Shown here in pieces: positions 61,196 to 64,000 of a stretch of DNA of 64,000 nt; positions within the stretch are counted from its first letter, which is position 1; each line of letters starts with the position of its first letter. Made by a program: the position numbers and the translations under genes. Source of the DNA: Gemmatales bacterium (GTDB lineage Bacteria > Planctomycetota > Planctomycetia > Gemmatales > HRBIN36); the NCBI GenBank assembly GCA_041640595.1, contig JBEPZY010000009.1:100263-164262 (forward strand), read 5' to 3'. Under the pieces are notes generated by a model. It saw only the letters and a list, made by a program, of their open reading frames with translations, made no database searches and was not told where the DNA came from.

Positions 61196-62593
61196 TCAGG
61201 CGAAAACCTCTTCCACTACCTGCCCTGCGGAGATAGGCAAAGGTCGGTTCAGCCGGTCGAACACTTCGGCATGAGGATCTAATCCGAGTGCGGCAAACAT
61301 GGTGGCGGCCAGGTCATCCGGTTTGACGGGATTGGCAGTGGGCCAGGCCCCGTAACGATCCGAGGTTCCGTACGCAAAACCGCGTTTGACGCCGCCCCCA
61401 GCAAGAATCACTGAGTAGCACTGCGGCCAGTGATCACGACCGGCAATGTTGTTGATGCGTGGCGTCCGGCCAAATTCTCCGGCCCAAACCACCAGGGTGG
61501 TGTCCAGCAAACCACGAGCTTCCAGGTCCTCTATCAATGTCGGCAACGCCTGGTCGGTGATGGGCAAGAGATAGTTCTTCAGAATCGGGTACATCGGGTG
61601 GCCATTGAAGCCATGCGTATCCCAGCCGCCGGTGTTTCCCTGGCCACCGATGTTGGGGGCGAAATAAACATTGACAAATCGCACACCCGCTTCGACCAAC
61701 CGCCGGGCCAGCAAACAGCTCTGCCCATAAGTGGTTCGTCCGTAACGATCCCGTAAGCTGGCCGGTTCTTTGGACAAGTCAAATGCCTCGCGCACCTTGG
61801 GGGACGTGAGTAAGGCAATCGCACGCTGGTAGTACTCGTCCAGGCCTTTTGCAGTAGCCGAGTAATCGAGCAGGCACCGTTGCTGGTCAATCAGCCGCAG
61901 CACTTGCCGCCGATCTTCCAGCCGATCCAGAGTCAGTCCTGCCGGCAGAGACAGTTCGGGTAGATGAAAATTCGGGCTGTTTGGGTCCTGGCCAACGAAG
62001 AACGGATCGTGCTTGCGGCCCAGGAAGCTGGCGTGCTGCCCAGGTGTCGCGGTCCCGTCAGCAATGATGTGCGGGAGCGCCACGAATGTCGGTATCCCAG
62101 GACGGGACGGCAGGAAATAGTCCACCACCGAACCATAGGCGGGAAACAACTCCGGCGAGTCCTGCAGACGGATATCATCTGTCGGCGGAGCATGACCGGT
62201 GAGAGAGTAATAGCCTGCGGGATTGTGATTCGTCGCGGTATGGCTCATCGTGCGGATGACCGTCAACCGATCCGCTACCTGTCCTAATCGGGGCAGGCGG
62301 TCGGTGAACAGTATTCCTGGTGCTTTCGTGGGCACCGCCTGAAACTCCCCTCGTACTTCCGCAGGGGCATTCGGTTTAGGATCCAGCGTATCCAGGTGGC
62401 TTGGCCCACCCCACTGGTGTAAGAAAATCACCGCCTGAGCTCGTGCTCTCCGCTTCCCCCGCTTATTCGTTTCAGCTCGCAAGCACTGCGGCAGGCTCAG
62501 CCCCACTAATCCCAGCGTCCCGACACGCAACAGGTCCCGGCGTGTGTATCGGCTGCGGTGAAAGTCTGGGCAGGCAAAACTTCTCTGCACCAT
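61196..62593 (-). CDS. DUF1501 protein
   Basis: TRRDLL, GGPSHLDTLDPKP, LLARRLVEAGVRFV, WDTH, GEFGRTP, GRDHW. Confidence 0.95.
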   Translation of the reverse strand: MVQRSFACPDFHRSRYTRRDLLRVGTLGLVGLSLPQCLRAETNKRGKRRARAQAVIFLHQWGGPSHLDTLDPKPNAPAEVRGEFQAVPTKAPGILFTDRLPRLGQVADRLTVIRTMSHTATNHNPAGYYSLTGHAPPTDDIRLQDSPELFPAYGSVVDYFLPSRPGIPTFVALPHIIADGTATPGQHASFLGRKHDPFFVGQDPNSPNFHLPELSLPAGLTLDRLEDRRQVLRLIDQQRCLLDYSATAKGLDEYYQRAIALLTSPKVREAFDLSKEPASLRDRYGRTTYGQSCLLARRLVEAGVRFVNVYFAPNIGGQGNTGGWDTHGFNGHPMYPILKNYLLPITDQALPTLIEDLEARGLLDTTLVVWAGEFGRTPRINNIAGRDHWPQCYSVILAGGGVKRGFAYGTSDRYGAWPTANPVKPDDLAATMFAALGLDPHAEVFDRLNRPLPISAGQVVEEVFA

Positions 62594-62809
62594 AGTCAGT
62601 CTCCAGGGCAGGTCTGATGGTGGCAGGTATTGGTGGTAGGAAGTTGGTGGAAGCCGTGCACTTATAATTTCGGCACTGACTCGCGCGTGTTCACGATTAA
62701 TCTACCAGCTAAGCTCCGACTCGGCCAGTCGGGCTTCAGAGTCAGTACGGGTGTCGGGCTCAGGCTCGGTTCAACTTGGGTTTACCGCCAAGGACTGCCA
62801 ATAGCCGGA

Positions 62810-64000
62810 TCAGGCTTGCAATTTCCAACCGGATCGCGGCTCGCGCAATAGATAAGCGTTCGCCTCACCATCTTCAAAGACCAGAACTTTTTTGACCGGG
62901 TCGTAACCGCGGAAGCACCGCTCCTGATTCGCATCCCAGTAAATTTTCCGACCGACGCGGTAGCTGATATTGGCAAGATGGCAGACCGCTGTGGCGTAGT
63001 GCATATCTTCGATGGACGAGTTCGGCAGTTTGGAACGGTTGCGGATACATTCCAGGAAATTCTGTACGTGAGCGAAGTGTTGCTCGGAACCGGGGAATTT
63101 TTCCTGCGCTCCATCCTTCCAGGTCACCATCCACCCACCCCGATCCAGTGTCAGGGTTCCCTGAGTGCCGACAAATTCCATACCGTGATGGCGACCGCCA
63201 AAACCGCCGTGCATGCGACCCTGCCGCACCGTGTACAGGTGCACAAATGTCGGATATTCGTAGGTAACGTCCAGAGTGTCTGGGGTGTCGCTAATGTCTT
63301 TCATCTCGTGCTTGCCACCGCAGGCGTGTACCGCGAGAGGAGCTTTCACCTGCATGGCCCACAAAATAACGTCGTTCAAATGCACACCCCAATCCAGACA
63401 AAGCCCGTTGCCGTAATCCCAGAACCACCGGAAGTGGTGATGAAAACGGGCCCGATTGAAGGGACGTTTGGGCGCTGGCCCAAGCCAGAGATCGTAATTG
63501 ACACCCGGCGGTGGGCTCGGTTCATCCGCAGGATTACCGCATCCTGTGGGCGGATAGTTATTGGTGATCCATGTCCGGCAAAGATAAACGTGCCCCAGTT
63601 TGCCTGAGCGGACGAAATGGACAGCGTCTCGAAAATGTGCACCGCTGCGTTGCTGGGTTCCAATCTGGCACACGCGCTTCTGCTGCTGCACCGCCTTGAC
63701 CATTGCCCGACCTTCGACGATGCTGTGGGCCAGGGGCTTCTCGCAATAAATATCCACACCTTGCCCATTCCGCCCGGCATAACAAGCGTGGATCAGCGCA
63801 TAAGCATGATGATGGTCGGGAGTCGCAATGATGACCGCATCGAGGTCCTTACGTTCGTCCAGCATTTTGCGGTAGTCTTCGTAAACGGCGACGGAATCCG
63901 TGGGCCGACCAGCTTTCTTCAGGTCGTCCATCGCACCTGCGATCTGGTTTTTATCCACATCGCACAATGCCACGCACACAAAGTCCGGGAGGCGAACAAA
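62810..64000 (-). CDS. Gfo/Idh/MocA oxidoreductase (5' end beyond the window)
   Basis: IATPDHHH, CEKP, GTQQRS, WLGPAP, DWGVH. Confidence 0.93.
   Translation of the reverse strand, partial: FVRLPDFVCVALCDVDKNQIAGAMDDLKKAGRPTDSVAVYEDYRKMLDERKDLDAVIIATPDHHHAYALIHACYAGRNGQGVDIYCEKPLAHSIVEGRAMVKAVQQQKRVCQIGTQQRSGAHFRDAVHFVRSGKLGHVYLCRTWITNNYPPTGCGNPADEPSPPPGVNYDLWLGPAPKRPFNRARFHHHFRWFWDYGNGLCLDWGVHLNDVILWAMQVKAPLAVHACGGKHEMKDISDTPDTLDVTYEYPTFVHLYTVRQGRMHGGFGGRHHGMEFVGTQGTLTLDRGGWMVTWKDGAQEKFPGSEQHFAHVQNFLECIRNRSKLPNSSIEDMHYATAVCHLANISYRVGRKIYWDANQERCFRGYDPVKKVLVFEDGEANAYLLREPRSGWKLQA

Overview
Bacterial chromosomal window, most consistent with a planctomycete (DUF1501, DUF1552, planctomycete-type tmRNA tag, heptamer repeat tracts); this taxonomy is an inference from gene content. 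Most of it is housekeeping or metabolic: carB, holA, an hpf-ptsN-ptsH-ptsI cluster, RNase E/G, xdhC-mocA, larC, nagB, comM, ABC transporters and an S9 peptidase. Two loci stand out. (1) Directly downstream of tRNA-Ile and tmRNA, in a zone of repeats, MITE-like elements and pseudogene debris, is a three-gene membrane-anchored system (4721-10368): a P-loop GTPase-TM-helical repeat-C2 domain protein plus two TM proteins that share three copies of an unrecognised ~150-aa domain. (2) A five-gene ubiquitin-like conjugation cluster (56993-61192): JAB peptidase, 60-aa protein, E2, E1/ThiF and an overlapping unknown protein. It has no canonical Gly-terminated Ubl, no CD-NTase, and its E1 lacks the crossover-loop Cys. 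All assignments are from motif reading by eye; no searches were run.
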